Below the pieces are notes generated by a model. That model was given only the letters and a program-made list of their open reading frames with translations. It did not search any database and had not been told where the DNA came from. A stretch of 64,000 nucleotides of DNA from Cystobasidiomycetes sp. EMM_F5 (taxonomy: Eukaryota). Location of the stretch: NCBI GenBank assembly GCA_051047955.1, contig JBPGPT010000030.1, forward strand, positions 1-64,000, in the 5' to 3' direction. The number at the start of each line of letters is the position of its first letter. Position 1 is the stretch's first letter. The position numbers and the translations under genes were made by a program. Shown here one piece after another: positions 49,701 to 62,862 of the stretch.

Positions 49701-51975
49701 CGCTGGTATCGTAACGCTCGACATAGCGACCGAAAGGCCAGAAGAGGTACACGCCGGTGTCCCACAGAATCTTGCCGTACTTGGCACCTCCGAACGGCAC
49801 CAAATGAAGTGCTGCGGCCGGTAGCATGAATACGATTGCAAGCCACCATCCAGTGAGCAAAGTCCAGCCGATGTTGCCCGAAAGAAAGTGATGCTCCACA
49901 TTGTAGGATGGCGACTCGTGCAACTCGTGCTCAGCATTGCGATTGGTCGACCGTGACTTTTTATACAAAGCAGGTTTCCAGATCGGGAGACCGAAGGGAT
50001 GCTCGATGTTGATTGCGTCCTGCCTATCTTTCAGGGTATATTCTACACCGTCTCCAGGTATATCGTCCTCATCTTCGTCTTCGTCATCTTCGGCTGCATC
50101 CTCCTCGTCACTACCCAATTCAGCTTCTTCCTCGTGGTCAACAGCAGAGCCTGCATGACCATTGGCTGCATCGTCATCATGACTGTGCATACTTCTCGCC
50201 ATCTCGTCGCGCCATGCGGCATCGACCTTGCTCTGCAATTCAGGCACACGATCGTACTCTTCCGCCTGCTCCGCATCACTAAAAAAGTCGGATTCTCGGA
50301 CACCTGGTTGCGGTGCAGACGTAGAGGCATTGCTTGTGGCATACGATACTGACCGATCGGCATGAGGCAGGCCACCGATGCCAAGATGGCTTTGCTGGTG
50401 TACGTAGGAAGGGAAAAATGGCGATATAGGTGTCTGAGTGGCAGAGAGTTGTGTCATGCCGGTAGGTGGTGGCCAGTATCCAGTCGTAGTAGCTGTCAAA
50501 GGATAAGTAATATGCGAACTGTAAGGGGATCCGGGTTGAGCAGTAGAGTGACTACCTTCACGACTCAGCGACTCCGACCGTCCCTGCTGCGCACTGTCCT
50601 CAGGACTTGTTGCATGCCCGGCGGTGTTGAGGGTCCCGCTGGCCGTAGCATTTGTGGCGTTGCTTATGATTGAATCCCTCACAGTCGTCTGGGCGCCAGC
50701 GGCACCAGTCACAGATTGTCCCTTGGTAAGATTTGCAAATTCACGTTGTCTTTCTCGTTTGATTTCATCTTCACGCCGCTTACGATCTCTCTTCTCGGCT
50801 GCACGCTTCTCCTTCTTCCGCTCTCGCATGCGGCGTAGGACGAGCTCCTCACCCCTGTCGCGTCTTGGAACTTCATCATCGTCGATGCCGATACTGTCAG
50901 AGCCCAGCCTTGCAGAGATGGGCGGCAGTGGTGTAGCGACATGGTCAAAGCTCTTTCTGCGCAGGTTTCGAGGCATCTGAGAGAGACCTGTTGGCGTTCT
51001 GCCATCGCCCGGCCCCATACTCGTGTCGCCATCGTCATTGTCGTCATCGCTGTCGCTCGCAGCTGACCTCACTCTGCTTCTGCTGCGGGATCGTGCTTTG
51101 CCCTTCACGACAGCAATGTCGGGTCGCAGGCTGACACCTAGGCCTCCCGCAGACTGCTTGCGCGACATTCTCGGTGGTGGAGCCAGAGTCACTCCAGCCC
51201 CACCTGCGCCAAGTCCGCTCATGTTGCCCGCGTGTACGCTACTGCTGAATGCAGTTGTATTGGCGGACGATGGCCCAGACGGATGTAGGGGAATCCGAGC
51301 ACGTGGTTTGGACTGCCCGCCCAAAGACAGATTCTGTTGCTGCTGGTGGTGGCTTTGCAGAGATTTCGCTGGTTGGTGGCTTCCTGCGACTGCGTTCGTG
51401 GAAGCGGCAGAGATGTACCTTGGATTTGTCGGGAACGTGCTATTTACATCGCCCGGGGTAGGCGTGATTGCAGCATCATCGATAGTCGAATGGATGCTGT
51501 CGGCTTCGCCAAACTGCTGGCCAGCATTTGCAGAGCTGCTCTGACGGATGCCAGTACTGTTGCTGCCCAAGGTGCCCGTGTCGCTGAAGGTAATGCTGCG
51601 CGACGTCGACGGATGTGAGCGGTGCCCTGACTGCGTGCCCGATGCTGTCCCGCCTGCAGTCATTGAGGACACTGTGGATGGCACGACGGTACTTGCGCTA
51701 CTTCTGCTGTTGTTGAGGATGCCGCCAGCTCTGGCTCCATCGGTCGAGGCCGTCGATGCTCCTGACTGGCGTAAACTAGCATCAGCCGGAGCGCGTTCAG
51801 GCAGACTCGGAGACCTGGGCAGGGACTGGATGGGCGACATTGGCTGAGTTGAGCGGTGCATTGACGTCGAGGAAGGCTGTCTGGCATGGCGGCTCTGCGC
51901 GCTGGCAGTCATGTTATTGACGCCAGCGTTGTCTCCGGCATCTTTGGCCGGATCGCTGCCATCTTCAGCACTCAT
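46791..51975 (-). CDS. VNX1: Vacuolar cation/H+ exchanger, Vnx1-like (CaCA family)
   Basis: TLKDRQDAINIEHPFGLPIWKPALYKKSRS, NATFGSIIE, GSIVGS, PNTTEFMNAISFA, EIGSAYALQV; ~640-aa low-complexity N-terminus. Confidence 0.92.
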
Positions 51976-52153
51976 TTGTGCAGAGTTGGCTTATCTTGCG
52001 ACCTCAGCGGCTAGGCCGAGCGTGCAGCGTTCAGGAATGCAGAATGTCGCTTGAACGTTTTGCAACCTGTCTAGATTATTGGACAACCATATGTGCCTCG
52101 GCAACTGAAACGATCGCAGTCATAGGTCTGCTTCACGCTAATACTCGCCAACT

Positions 52154-53232
52154 ATGTGCATATGCTTCTACACTCTCTCACATCCAGTCTACTCGCTCGT
52201 ACTAATCACTAACAGGGACGAATTCCTCCAACGGCCCACTTTAAAAGCACACTGGCACGGTCAGGATGGCAGCGTGCTGAGCGGACTGGATGTGCAAGCC
52301 GGAGGGACGTGGTGCGGTATAGAAAGACGCGGCGGCCGTTTTGGCCTTCTCACTAATGTGAGGGAAGAGGCTACAACACGTCCGAATCAGCTCAGTAGAG
52401 GCAGACTTGTCTCAGACTGGCTTGAAGAGGAAGATCACACGCAATCCGTGCAACAATACCTCGACAACGTACTGAGACCCTCTATGATGCACTATGCCGG
52501 CTTCAATCTTCTCTTGGGAAAGATCAATCCAAAAGACGGTTCCGTAGAGATGGGCTTTGTCAGCAATAGATCACAAAAGGCTCCTCAATCTACCGCAAAG
52601 AACCACGATAGTAGAGTCATGCTGACCGAGGCATTGCGATTGGAGACTGCCGCTACAAGTCTTGATTCAACCGCCGGTTCCGCCCCCTCGTTTGCAGATT
52701 ATGGCGTTCTGAGCAACGGTGCACTGGCGTACGGCGGACCATCAGTCATCAACGATACTTTAGCCAGCAGCTGGCCAAAAATGCTCATTGGCCAAAAGGC
52801 ATTTCAGCAGTGCGTTACTACAGACTCGTCCCGCCGTTCTCATAATACCGGTGGTCTAGACAATGAGGAATGCGCAGTACGCGACCGAAAGGCGTTCGTC
52901 GACGATTTGTTGAGCACGCTCAAGTGAGCACATTGTGATTGCTGCATACGTGCGTTGCCTGACGCTGCATACGCAGCCTAGCGTTTCCAAACTTGAAAGA
53001 CAAAGAAGATGTTCGGTCATCGGTACTGGTCACGCCCTTTGATATGTTCCCGTCCAACAAGGCATGGTACGCGACTCGAGCACAGACGGTACTACTCGTG
53101 AAGAGAGTCTCGGACAGCCACGAACATACTCGTGTTTACTATGCTGAACGTCAAGCTTATGAAGTGGATCATGGTGATGAAGTCAGATGGAATGGTAGTA
53201 TGGAAGAGTACGAGTTCCGGCTGGGCTCATAG
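52154..53232 (+). CDS. TANGO2/NRDE-family (DUF833) protein
   Basis: MCICF N-terminus, NRDE, GGTW, LTN, SRG, YAGFNLL, LSN, WPK, YATRAQTVLLV; one intron. Confidence 0.92.
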
Positions 53233-53948
53233 GACACGACACCAAGGCGGTCCAGATCAGTTGCAGCAAGATACTCGAGCTGAGTCACCGCCAAACATTC
53301 CCGGCAATCAATGGCACCTGCGGATACTTCGATTCAGCCGACGGGCTGCTTGGCCACTGCTGCTCGCAGACTAATGCCCACCCGCTGGGAGTAGCGCGGC
53401 CGCAGATTCCAGAAAAGTTATGGGCGAGCAGAACAACGCAAAAACTTCCGCTCATACTTGCGCAACGTCATGTATAGCCCACAATCTTGGTGTTGCAACT
53501 CGAAACGTTGCTCCTCCATCGATACGCTACAAGACAGAAAGAACGCTGCATTCGCGGCTGGAACAACACACTCGAATATAACATTGCTATGTCGAGGTAG
53601 GGTGTCCAAGGCTGCTGTCCTTTGGCCGAATCAGCACGATAATCCTGACAGTTTCGCCGTGGTTCCGGATGGTCATTTCGGCCAGCATTCCAGAATATGT
53701 CGGAGAGAAAGGATGTGCTGTTGTTAGGACGGAGACTTCTACATAGACAGTACTACTGTATATTCGCATGCGGGCCCGAATATAGCGACGATCCTGTATG
53801 GCTTTGGGCTCTGTTCGACCCCGAGAAAAAACTTTGTGGTCAACGCTTGCATAAACCACAATACTTAGCTGTCTGTGCGACAAAGACGCCGCGGGCGAGC
53901 CAGGCTGGCGGTGACCGCAGAGAAGGCGTATTCTCAGGTTGGACGAAA

Positions 53949-56946
53949 ATGGAACGAAGCAAGGTCGGCGGTCTCCGGCTCGTGACGGCTGTCGAGCTCC
54001 TGGAGTCTCTGCGAGTACCGGCTGTAGCAGTCGACAATACAACTGCCGCTATTTGCTGGCGCAACGCCGCATTCAAAGAGCTACAGGCTTCTTTCGATGA
54101 AGGTATATCCAACTCGAAAGACCCAAAAGCGTCGGATAACAGCAAGAGCGACGCAGACTTTCTGGCAGTGCTGAAGGATGCTCCGTCGGGCAGTTCGCGG
54201 CGACCGACTTCGGTAACATGGCGTGGAACAGACGTAGCCGTGGCTTGGGAGGGAAGCGTACAAGGCGATTCCAGCAGGAACGAGGACAATGAAAGTACGT
54301 CGAGCGGAATCATTCACAGCGACCGAAGGGCCTGATACGAAATGAATCGATTTGCTTTTCGGATTGTTCCACAGAGCCCGAGCAATCTGGACACGAAAAC
54401 GGGGCTGGACCTGCGAGCCAAGCAGGTATGTCGAGGAGTGATGGACAGTGTGCGGAGGCTAGCAATTCATCTAAGGATTGGGCACCAGCTCGTAAGGCCG
54501 TCAAACCCCTCAGTAGGCTTTCATGGCAATTCTGCTGAATGCAATCGTATCTCACGCGTCTTCTCCGTCTGTTTCTTCATCTAATCTGCTGCTATATGTG
54601 GTACGTCTGTCATCATTTCCACAACATCATCAACACAACATAGTATATCTACCACTCCTGGGCAAGCGCAACGATGCCATTCTTACATCAAAGGCGGCAC
54701 CGACGGATCAAGGTCTGGACAAAGACAGCGAATTAGACGTACAATTGGAGCGCAGTGTATGGCAATGCCTACTGAAGGAAATCCCGTACGCATTGCGCCA
54801 TTCCCAAATTTGAACTTCGCACTGATGTTGCGGAACGCCCCGTCGATTAATCCGCAACGACCCACAGAGCTGCTTGCCTAATTATGGACACGCAGTACGT
54901 CTAGCTAGATCCTCACTTATCTTTCACTAGTCCGTCCACTCCGTCCAACTGACAAGCCTACCATTCTTCTCCTTTAGCGGATCTGTTCGCTTTGCCTCAC
55001 GCACTATTGCAGAGATTTTCCGTACAGAAAACACCGGAGCTGATTGGTCAGAAGTTTCATCACTGCCAAAAGGCTGCGAAGGCTATTTCGAAGGTGGTTC
55101 AATTATGCGCGATCAAGACTATCCTCTGTATCGGACTGTGAGGAACAACGAGATTGTGCGCGGTGCCGAGATCCGAATAAAGCGAGCAGATGGCACGTAC
55201 GGCGGGATACGCTCAACAAGCTCGCCAATGTCAGTGGTACCCTTTGCTGCTGTGTCTGATACCTGTGCTGAGGCGAACACATCGCGTGCAGATACGACAA
55301 TGCTGGTGAAGTAGTCGCGTACGTTGCCGTTATTGAGGACGTGAGCAGTACATACGATGCGCGGCAAGAGCGTGACGCGCTTCATGCCAAGCACGAGGCA
55401 GTCAAGAGGGCAAATAAACTGAAGGATGAAGTGAGTCTGTTATTGGTCATACCAGTACTGCCCACACTCTTACACGCTTGCTCCATCAACGCAGTTTATC
55501 AACTCAATCTCGCATGAGCTACGGACAGTGAGTTTAGCGCATGTACACTTCATGCTATTGCTAATACTGCCGCCGTTTCATTCAGCCATTGAGTCGGTGC
55601 ATTTTCGTTATCGAAAACTGCTGTGTCCTGATGGGATTGTTTCGCAGATGGGCTTCTAGGCTTACAGGACCTCTTAGCCGGAGAAGCCGACCGCACCGCC
55701 AGAGATCGCTATCTGCGTCAGGTATTTGATCTAACCGAAAAGCTGAAGATTGTAATCGACGACTTGCTGGCCTGTACCTTGCAAGAAGGTCGACTGGAGC
55801 CAGAGATAGCGCCTCACAACATGGAAACGATGATTCGCGAGGTCATTGCGCTGTTGCATAACAGCGCACTTCACAAACGTGTGAAGGTGACAGTGCGGCC
55901 GCCAGTCGAGGCAAACTTCCCAATAGAAGTTTTAACAGATGAACGCGAATTCAAGAATGTCATGTACCGGTAAGAAGTACCGATCCCAGCACGGATAAGC
56001 GCTAAGTCGGCCCTCTTAGCCTGTTGGACAATGCGATCAAATTTAGCGAAGAAGACAGTGAAGTTGATATCAGCTTACAACTGCAGGAGCAGGACTCAGT
56101 CTTCTACGTGGTTGCGCGCGTTTCCGATAATGGTTGCGGCATAGAGGTCACTGCAAACATATTCGAGGCGTTTACTCAAGGCACAAACAGCATATCGAAG
56201 ACCCAGTCAGGCTTGGGCTTGGGTTTGAGCTATGTATGGAATGCCATGAAACGGCTTGAAGGTACCATTGACGTTTCCAGCGAAGTTGGAAAGGGGACAA
56301 TATTTTCGCTGTATTTCAAGCTCGCTTTGCCTCCCACGGCAATCAGACCGACTTCGGCGCCTCCGCTAAAATCCACCCAGCGCGCATTCACTGACCGCAA
56401 AGCCGACATAGCCTCGAGATCAAATAAAAGCTCTGGGGTGACATGTGAAGGCATCGAGAGCGCGATCAAGAACGTACACAGTGAGGTCGCATCGCTGCCA
56501 ACCGACATGAAGGCATCACATGGCCCGGAGAAGGCAGTCTTGATAGTAGAGGATGATCCTATAAACGCCAAGTACGTTTGGCACATAATATGGTATTGTA
56601 GTAGCTGATGATAAAGCTCAGAATTCTGGAGCGCACTTTTGCAAAAGCCGGTTGTGAAGTTGTTCTGGCGGTCAATGGACAGGCTGGATTCGAGGAAGCG
56701 CAAAAACGACGATTTCACGTCATTATAATGGATATCAACATGCCTGTCTTGAACGGCATAGAATCCACCAAGTTGATTAGGCAGACGGAAAGTAAGTTGG
56801 CCCACCCTCCGGCGGCCATAATTGGCTTCACAGCGAATACTGCTGCGAGGTTTCTCGATGACGGGATTGCAGCCGGCATGACGTTCGTCTTGACGAAACC
56901 TCGTTCCGGTAAACAGGTGCTTGAAGCTGTGCAACAGTACTTTTGA
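53949..56946 (+). CDS. Hybrid sensor histidine kinase (PAS/PAC-HisKA-HATPase-REC)
   Basis: PAC-like SSPIYDNAGEVVAYVAVIEDV; H box FINSISHELRTPLNG; LDNAIKF, DNGCGI, GLGLGL; receiver VEDD..MDINMP..TA..KP. 5' exon structure and start are uncertain. Confidence 0.88.
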
Positions 56947-57442
56947 TGGCTTCGGGGTGTACCTGCTCCGCCGACGAGTGCTTCACCTGGCTGCGAGTGC
57001 CCGGTGGATCGCAGTGTGGACACAGTCTCGAACCATGGCGTCACACACATACGTGCACACGTACATACGATATTCGAACACGGTGCGCGTCCATGTTGAC
57101 GCTGACTGCCTCAGTTTGGAACTGCAGCCTTGTCACGGCCGCGGCCCTTCCTTTTTGGTGCCTGAAAAAGGTGGCGGGCGGCCGAGCCGCAAAAGGTGAT
57201 TATAAGATAACATCTATGCTACGTTCATCATTGCTAATAACTTTTGCTTTCACAAATTCCCTTTATTAGATCTTTTGTATGGCCAGCCTTTGCTTTTCCC
57301 CGGGCAGGTCGCCAGCGTCGTGGTAACGTTAATTTATCCAGCAGAGAGCAGCGCAGAAATCCTTGGCGCGTCGAGATGTCTGCATGCAGCCTACCAGCCC
57401 TGTGACACATTTGAAGAGGAGGTCAGATTCTTGGCTTCAGCT

Positions 57443-58685
57443 ATGGACTTTGGCGACCGAGCGTCAATGGCTGCCACAGATCGTGAAGCCCTTCTCGTGA
57501 CGCTACCGTGCTCGTTCGGATGGTGCATGGGCATCTTTCTCACCGGTCTGGCGACAGGTCGTGCGCATGACCTCCTCAAATCTCCCAACAGTCATGTTCC
57601 CGGCATGCCGACGGCGAGATGGCTGCTCCAATTGGCTGTACTCCTGAATCTCGTTACGGGAGCCCTACACTTCGGCGCAATAGTTGCGTGGATGGGCAAC
57701 AACGATCGTTCTCTGCAAGGCTTGGGCGCATACAAGATTACCGACGTGCTGGCGCCTGTTCTGACCGGTCTCGTCGCTACGGTCACACAATCCTTCATGG
57801 CCATCCGTTGCTGGCGGATATTCCACAGATCCACAATATTTGCTGTGCTTGCGACACTCGGCATCGCATCAGCTCTCTCTGGCTCTGTGTGGTGCACTGT
57901 GACATCCGCCCACTATATGGCCGATTTCTCCGATGAGATCGGCATCTTCAAGAGCACGCAAATGTGGCTGTGGTGCGCTCTGATTACAGACGTGGGCATC
58001 ACGGGATGCTTGTGCTACCACCTCTTCAGCCTTCGGACGGGCTTCAACACGGCAACGGATGGCGTGCTTGGCGCTCTTATGAAGTTGGCATTCGAGACAT
58101 TCCTTGCACCCTCGATAGTAGTGGCCATCACCGCTATTATCTATATCTGTACCTGGGAAGATCCGTTATACTGGAACTGGTGCGACTTGACGTTGCGTAA
58201 GTCCCCTTACTCGGATAGCGTCTCCGGAATCAATGCTAATGCAAGATCACGTATTAGCTGCAATTCCGTCTCTCTACACGATATCTTTTGTCAGTTGCAT
58301 TGAAGGCACTGCGAGGCGTCGTATAGCAGCAGGGAGCTCTGCAGGAGACAGCTTTTCGACAGCTAGAAGATCTCAGAGCCAGAGTCACACAGACGCGATG
58401 CCGACGTTCTACTGCTTCCCGTCAATGGCCAGCAAGGTAGAAAAGGGCAGCGTGGCAGTCCGAGCTCCAGAGAGCGAGGTCAGGGCTGCCCATTTAAGGC
58501 AAAGCTTACGACCAGACATGTTCACGGCGCCGCCGGAGTGGAGCAGCCGGATGAACGGGATCTCGACGAAATCGGCGCAGCACGTATCCTTCAGCGAGCC
58601 GCCGGACTTGGCCATGATTCCCGACATCACGCTGGAGAGTGCGGATCCTACAGTACAAAATGACGCAAAGAAGGAGACAGTGTAG
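57443..58685 (+). CDS. Basidiomycete multi-pass membrane protein, DUF6534-like
   Basis: Six to seven hydrophobic helices, TQSFMAIRCW, WLW..LITDVGIT..L, TGFNTATD..L..LMKLAFET, IPSLYTISF; one intron about 58197-58256. Confidence 0.8.
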
Positions 58686-59045
58686 TAGGAGTGTGGGGAC
58701 TGCAGTATGAGGGTAATCCCGGGTTGGAGTGATTGTTAGACGGCAGGCAGTCAAGAGAAGACAGTCGTATTGTAGCATTTGGCCCGTGGAGACATCAGGA
58801 TTCGTCTGACGCATATCCACGATAGTCATACCGTGACATGGAGCCTGAAGACTGAGTCATGAACTCCCATTTGCACTCTTGCGCATACTGAAAGGCCCGT
58901 CACGATGTCAACGCAACCCCAGGCACGCCCTCTGCTGCCAAACAAGCATGCACGGGCCAAGTTCGATGGGCTGTATTAGCGTAATCTGTGCCTCCTGCTG
59001 CTAATCATCGCAAACCAGCCACGCTTCAGCTGGGACGAGCTCGCT

Positions 59046-60307
59046 ATGATGGAGAAGCCTCGTTACCGCCTGGATGAGCTTGTGCTTGTGCCTGCGACGC
59101 GCGAGCAATGGATGCAGACTCATGCGAATCAATTGGAACATTGGGGCAACGGTCTCACCTTGAAACAATTCGAGCAACGCGAACAAGTGCTGAATATCGA
59201 CAGTCAGTGGGCCAAGCAAGCATTCAAAGCATGGTAGCTACTATGTGCTAAGCTGTAACGTCATTGGCTGAAGTCTTTTGTCTGAAAGGGTCCTTGTGCC
59301 GAGCAATGATCCTACTACGCTCGACTTTGTGTCGTCTGTGGAGACCTATCGTAGGCCTGTGTACCTCAACTCTGGCAATGGCGAAGTTGAAGAACGATAT
59401 GGCTACTCTATCGCCAGCGTTGTGAGTTTCGTAAGCGTTACCATTGATGCATGCTCACACCACCCATGGCTTGTTGCAGTTCACCAACGAGTGAGCAGAA
59501 AGCACAACACCCATGAATGCAAAAGCAATAATTGACCTGCGAGCTCGCAGTGGCTACCGTAAACAAGGCTTTGCCAATCATATGATGACCTTGCTCCACG
59601 ATGAGCTTGCCAAAGACTCTATACTGTCGGTTCTCTATAGTGACGTGGGCGACTTTTACGCGAAGCCGAAGTGGAGGCATCCGGATTCCTCTCGTGCCTT
59701 GGGATGGCTTATTATCTCGCCGAAGCACGTCGTTTGGCCTGTCACTACTCGCCAAGCTGTGTTGCAACCAGACGTGCATGCCAAAACGCTGCCATTACAG
59801 CGAGAGGACTATGAAGACATCGCCACGAGAGATGCTGCGTACATCGAGGCCAGAGTCCGCGATTGTAATCATCCTACATTCTCGTTGCGACCGACGGCTG
59901 CGCAATTCAGTTGGATCACCGAACGAGCGAAATTCTATGATGCGATACCACACCCGGCTGGTCGAGGCGCGTATCCGAGACTGGAGGACTGGGGCGTTCA
60001 GCTTGGTCAAGACCGGGATGCGTCAGATTGGGCGTTTGCCTTGTGGACGTTCGATCTCTTTCAAGCCGAGCTGAATATCATACGACTGAGGTGCCATTCG
60101 GTTCAGCAGCTAGACGCAATCGTTCAGCATGCTCTGGGAATAGCTGCAAAGTACGGGATGAAGAAAGTCACCGCATGGAATGTCGAGGAGACATTGCTTG
60201 AAGGAAATCAGAACGTCGAGCGGGACGAGCACCTTCCAGCGCTAGCATGGTACGGCGATGGTCCTCGACCGCAATGGCTGTACAACGAGCACTGGTCGTG
60301 GTGTTGA
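59046..60307 (+). CDS. GNAT N-acetyltransferase, LYC1-like
   Basis: WG.GLT, SSVETYRR, IASV, YRKQGFA acetyl-CoA loop, SVLYSDVGDFY, LPALAWYG. Confidence 0.85.
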
Positions 60308-60413
60308 GGCGCGTATAAGCTTCAGGCAACCGTCTTTGTGAAACTTTGTTACGCGTTGTTTGTCGCTTTGCCCCACGTTTGGCCTTTGTACACGTTTGTT
60401 GAGTTCCTGAACC

Positions 60414-62862
60414 ATGCAAAACAACAACGGCAGGCCGAGCGCGCCGAGCTCGTCGTCTACTGCGGGGCCATCGCTGCTCCCGCCGACATCTGCCTCGTCT
60501 GCGTTGGCTGGCGTAAGGAGCAGCAGAAAGATGCAACGCAGTGGTTCTGACAATTCAGGATCCTCCTCGGACACCGTAGACGGCGAGAATGGCGTGGATG
60601 GACGCCGCACACCAGCGAGGGCTGCAGGCCAGCCAATTTCAGTCGCAGAGCCCGCAGCTGCGTCGTCGTCGTCCTCGTCATCGATGCCAATGTCGATTCC
60701 TATAAAGAACTCCGCGTCATACATGGCCCCGTCGGCGTATGAATTGAGCCCGCATGTAGAGCTCAAGAGCCTCGAAGGGGATGGTCTGACAGAGCGGCCA
60801 GCCATCTTGCGCGATTCGAGTTCCTTTTACGACATGGCAGGATCCCTCAATGACAGTGTCGGCGGTAGGTCTACCGAGCGTTGGCCTGACTAACCCGTGT
60901 GACAGCTTGTCAGAAGTGCCGAGCATGACTGACTGTATCTGTTCGTCTTCTGTTAAATCTACCTTCGTTCTCATGACAGGGCTACAGGTGTGTTACCGAG
61001 TTATAGCCACTTCGCTCTTTACGCTAACCTGCATGTTTTCGACTAACCGCTCTGCAATGATTTGCTCAACACATCAGTCCTTTATGAGTCTCAACGCGCC
61101 AGCTTCGCCCAAGCGATTGTCGGCACTGGAAATGACGTTTCCGTCATTAGACTCTCTGGGGTACGGCTCAGACAGCGATGACGAGTATTCCAATGTTGGC
61201 ACAAGCAATCACATGTCAGGATCACCAACAGAAGGCGGTCGGCCGTTGGAAGGTCGTCTACGTTTATCTAGCTTCCACGAGTACGGGAATCGGCCTGCTC
61301 CAACCTCGCTCGCTGTCTTGTCAGGCCTCATTTCCGGTGCAGCAAAGATGATTGACAGAGCGTACCATGAACAACATGTCCCCGTGCCAGACATTGACAA
61401 TCCAGGCATTACAAAGAGTAAATTCGCAAAGCCGGCGCCAGAGCTCAACGTCAGCCCGGAAATCTACAAGGCAATAGAAGTGTGCATCGAGGCGTGTCAT
61501 CAGTTGGTCGGCATCGTACAACGTCCAGAGGTGACTATTGCAGAAGCTGCGTATGCTTTTGAAGTATCTGCGGCTTTGAAGGTCACTACAGAAGCACACG
61601 TTGTGGAGGTCTTGAGAGAGGAAGGTCCGAAGGGGATGAATATCGCTCGTCTAGCGGAGAGAGTCAAGATGGAACCAAACTTCCTGTTGAGGGTGATGAG
61701 ATTGCTTGCAGCACACAACATCTTTCTCGAAATGGGCGCGGGGACACAGTGGTTTGCAAACAATCGGGTATCTCTACGACTAGACTCTGGAGAACCACTG
61801 AACAACGTGCTGGCGGATCCTCCAACTGAGTCGCCAGATGGTGCCAAGATTGAGATCAGGAGCATGATCTCGCACGCAACAGACTACACCTGGCATTCAG
61901 CTAGCCAGATGGAAGAGCGCTTGCGCGGTAAGGAGATCAAGTATGTCAAAGCGGAGGATGAGAATGAGAAGCGCGCAAGACTGTACCGCCAGATGAACGC
62001 CCGAAAGCTGGGCTCGCATCTCGGTGATCCACCCAGCTTGCTGCAAGGTGAGAAGGCTTTCGCGTTAGAACACCCAGCAGAACCGAGCTGAACAACACCG
62101 TCACAGTATTCCGCAACATCGGTAATGGTCTCGTTGTCGATCTCGGTAGTGGACTCGGCCGCTTCCTTCTAGAAGTTGCGAGGACATGCCCACAAATGCG
62201 CATCGAATTGCACGACAGAAAGGAGGTGATGGAACTAGCCGAAGATGTAAGTCTGTCGCTATCGCCGGAGAAATTCCTATTCTGACGTGACATTGCTTGA
62301 ATGAACAGATGTGGTACCGATTGGCCCCACGTTCGGTTGTATCAAAGGCAGTCACTTTTATTCCGCATGATCTCATTTCGGATCAAAAGTACCCTAGGGC
62401 GTCAACATACCTCATACGTAATCACTTGTGGGTTCGGCCTTGCGTGTCGCAATTCCACGCTGATGGGCTTACTGGGCAAACAGGGTACACTGGAATGACA
62501 GCGATGTTTTGACGATCCTTAAGAAAGCGCGGGCGACGTCATTCAACAGCACAAAGCTATACGTGGAAGAATCGACGACCGATGACGAATTGCCGGCAGA
62601 TCTTTCCTTCCTACCAGAACACGTACAGCATGCTCTACTACCCATCATCGATCAAGTATCACACAATGCCGACCGCGTACAGCACTTATTGGACGTGGCG
62701 ACGTTGCTGGGGGGAAGCGGACGTAAACGAACGATGATTGAGCTTTGCCTCCTGCTCGATCAGGCGGGATGGGTGGTCAACAAGATTGACAATAGCTCTG
62801 GCGGGCGATGCAAGATATTCTTTTGCCGACCCAAGCCAGCCGTCAAGGTGGATGATGATTAG
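60414..62862 (+). CDS. O-methyltransferase-like protein (dimerisation + SAM domain) with long Ser-rich N-terminus
   Basis: LLRVMRLLAAHNIF..FANNRVS wHTH/dimerisation region, VVDLGSGLG SAM motif, FIPHD, YLIRNHLVHWND, GRKRT..E..LL.QAGW. Confidence 0.8.

Noticed and set aside
16315..51975. Calcium-signalling cluster (calcipressin, IQ protein, CaCA exchanger)
   Set aside because: Spread over 35 kb among unrelated housekeeping genes; Vnx1-type exchangers are mainly monovalent cation carriers.
53458..53727. Short ORF ending in CCC upstream of the histidine kinase
   Set aside because: No recognisable domain or convincing splice link; likely spurious or a uORF.
56230..56934. 234-aa antisense ORF, and many similar antisense ORFs such as 1003-1530 and 51023-51544
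   Set aside because: Shadows of well-supported genes on the opposite strand with no motifs of their own.
57040..57070. CA/ACGT-rich low-complexity stretch
   Set aside because: Too short and irregular to call a repeat element.
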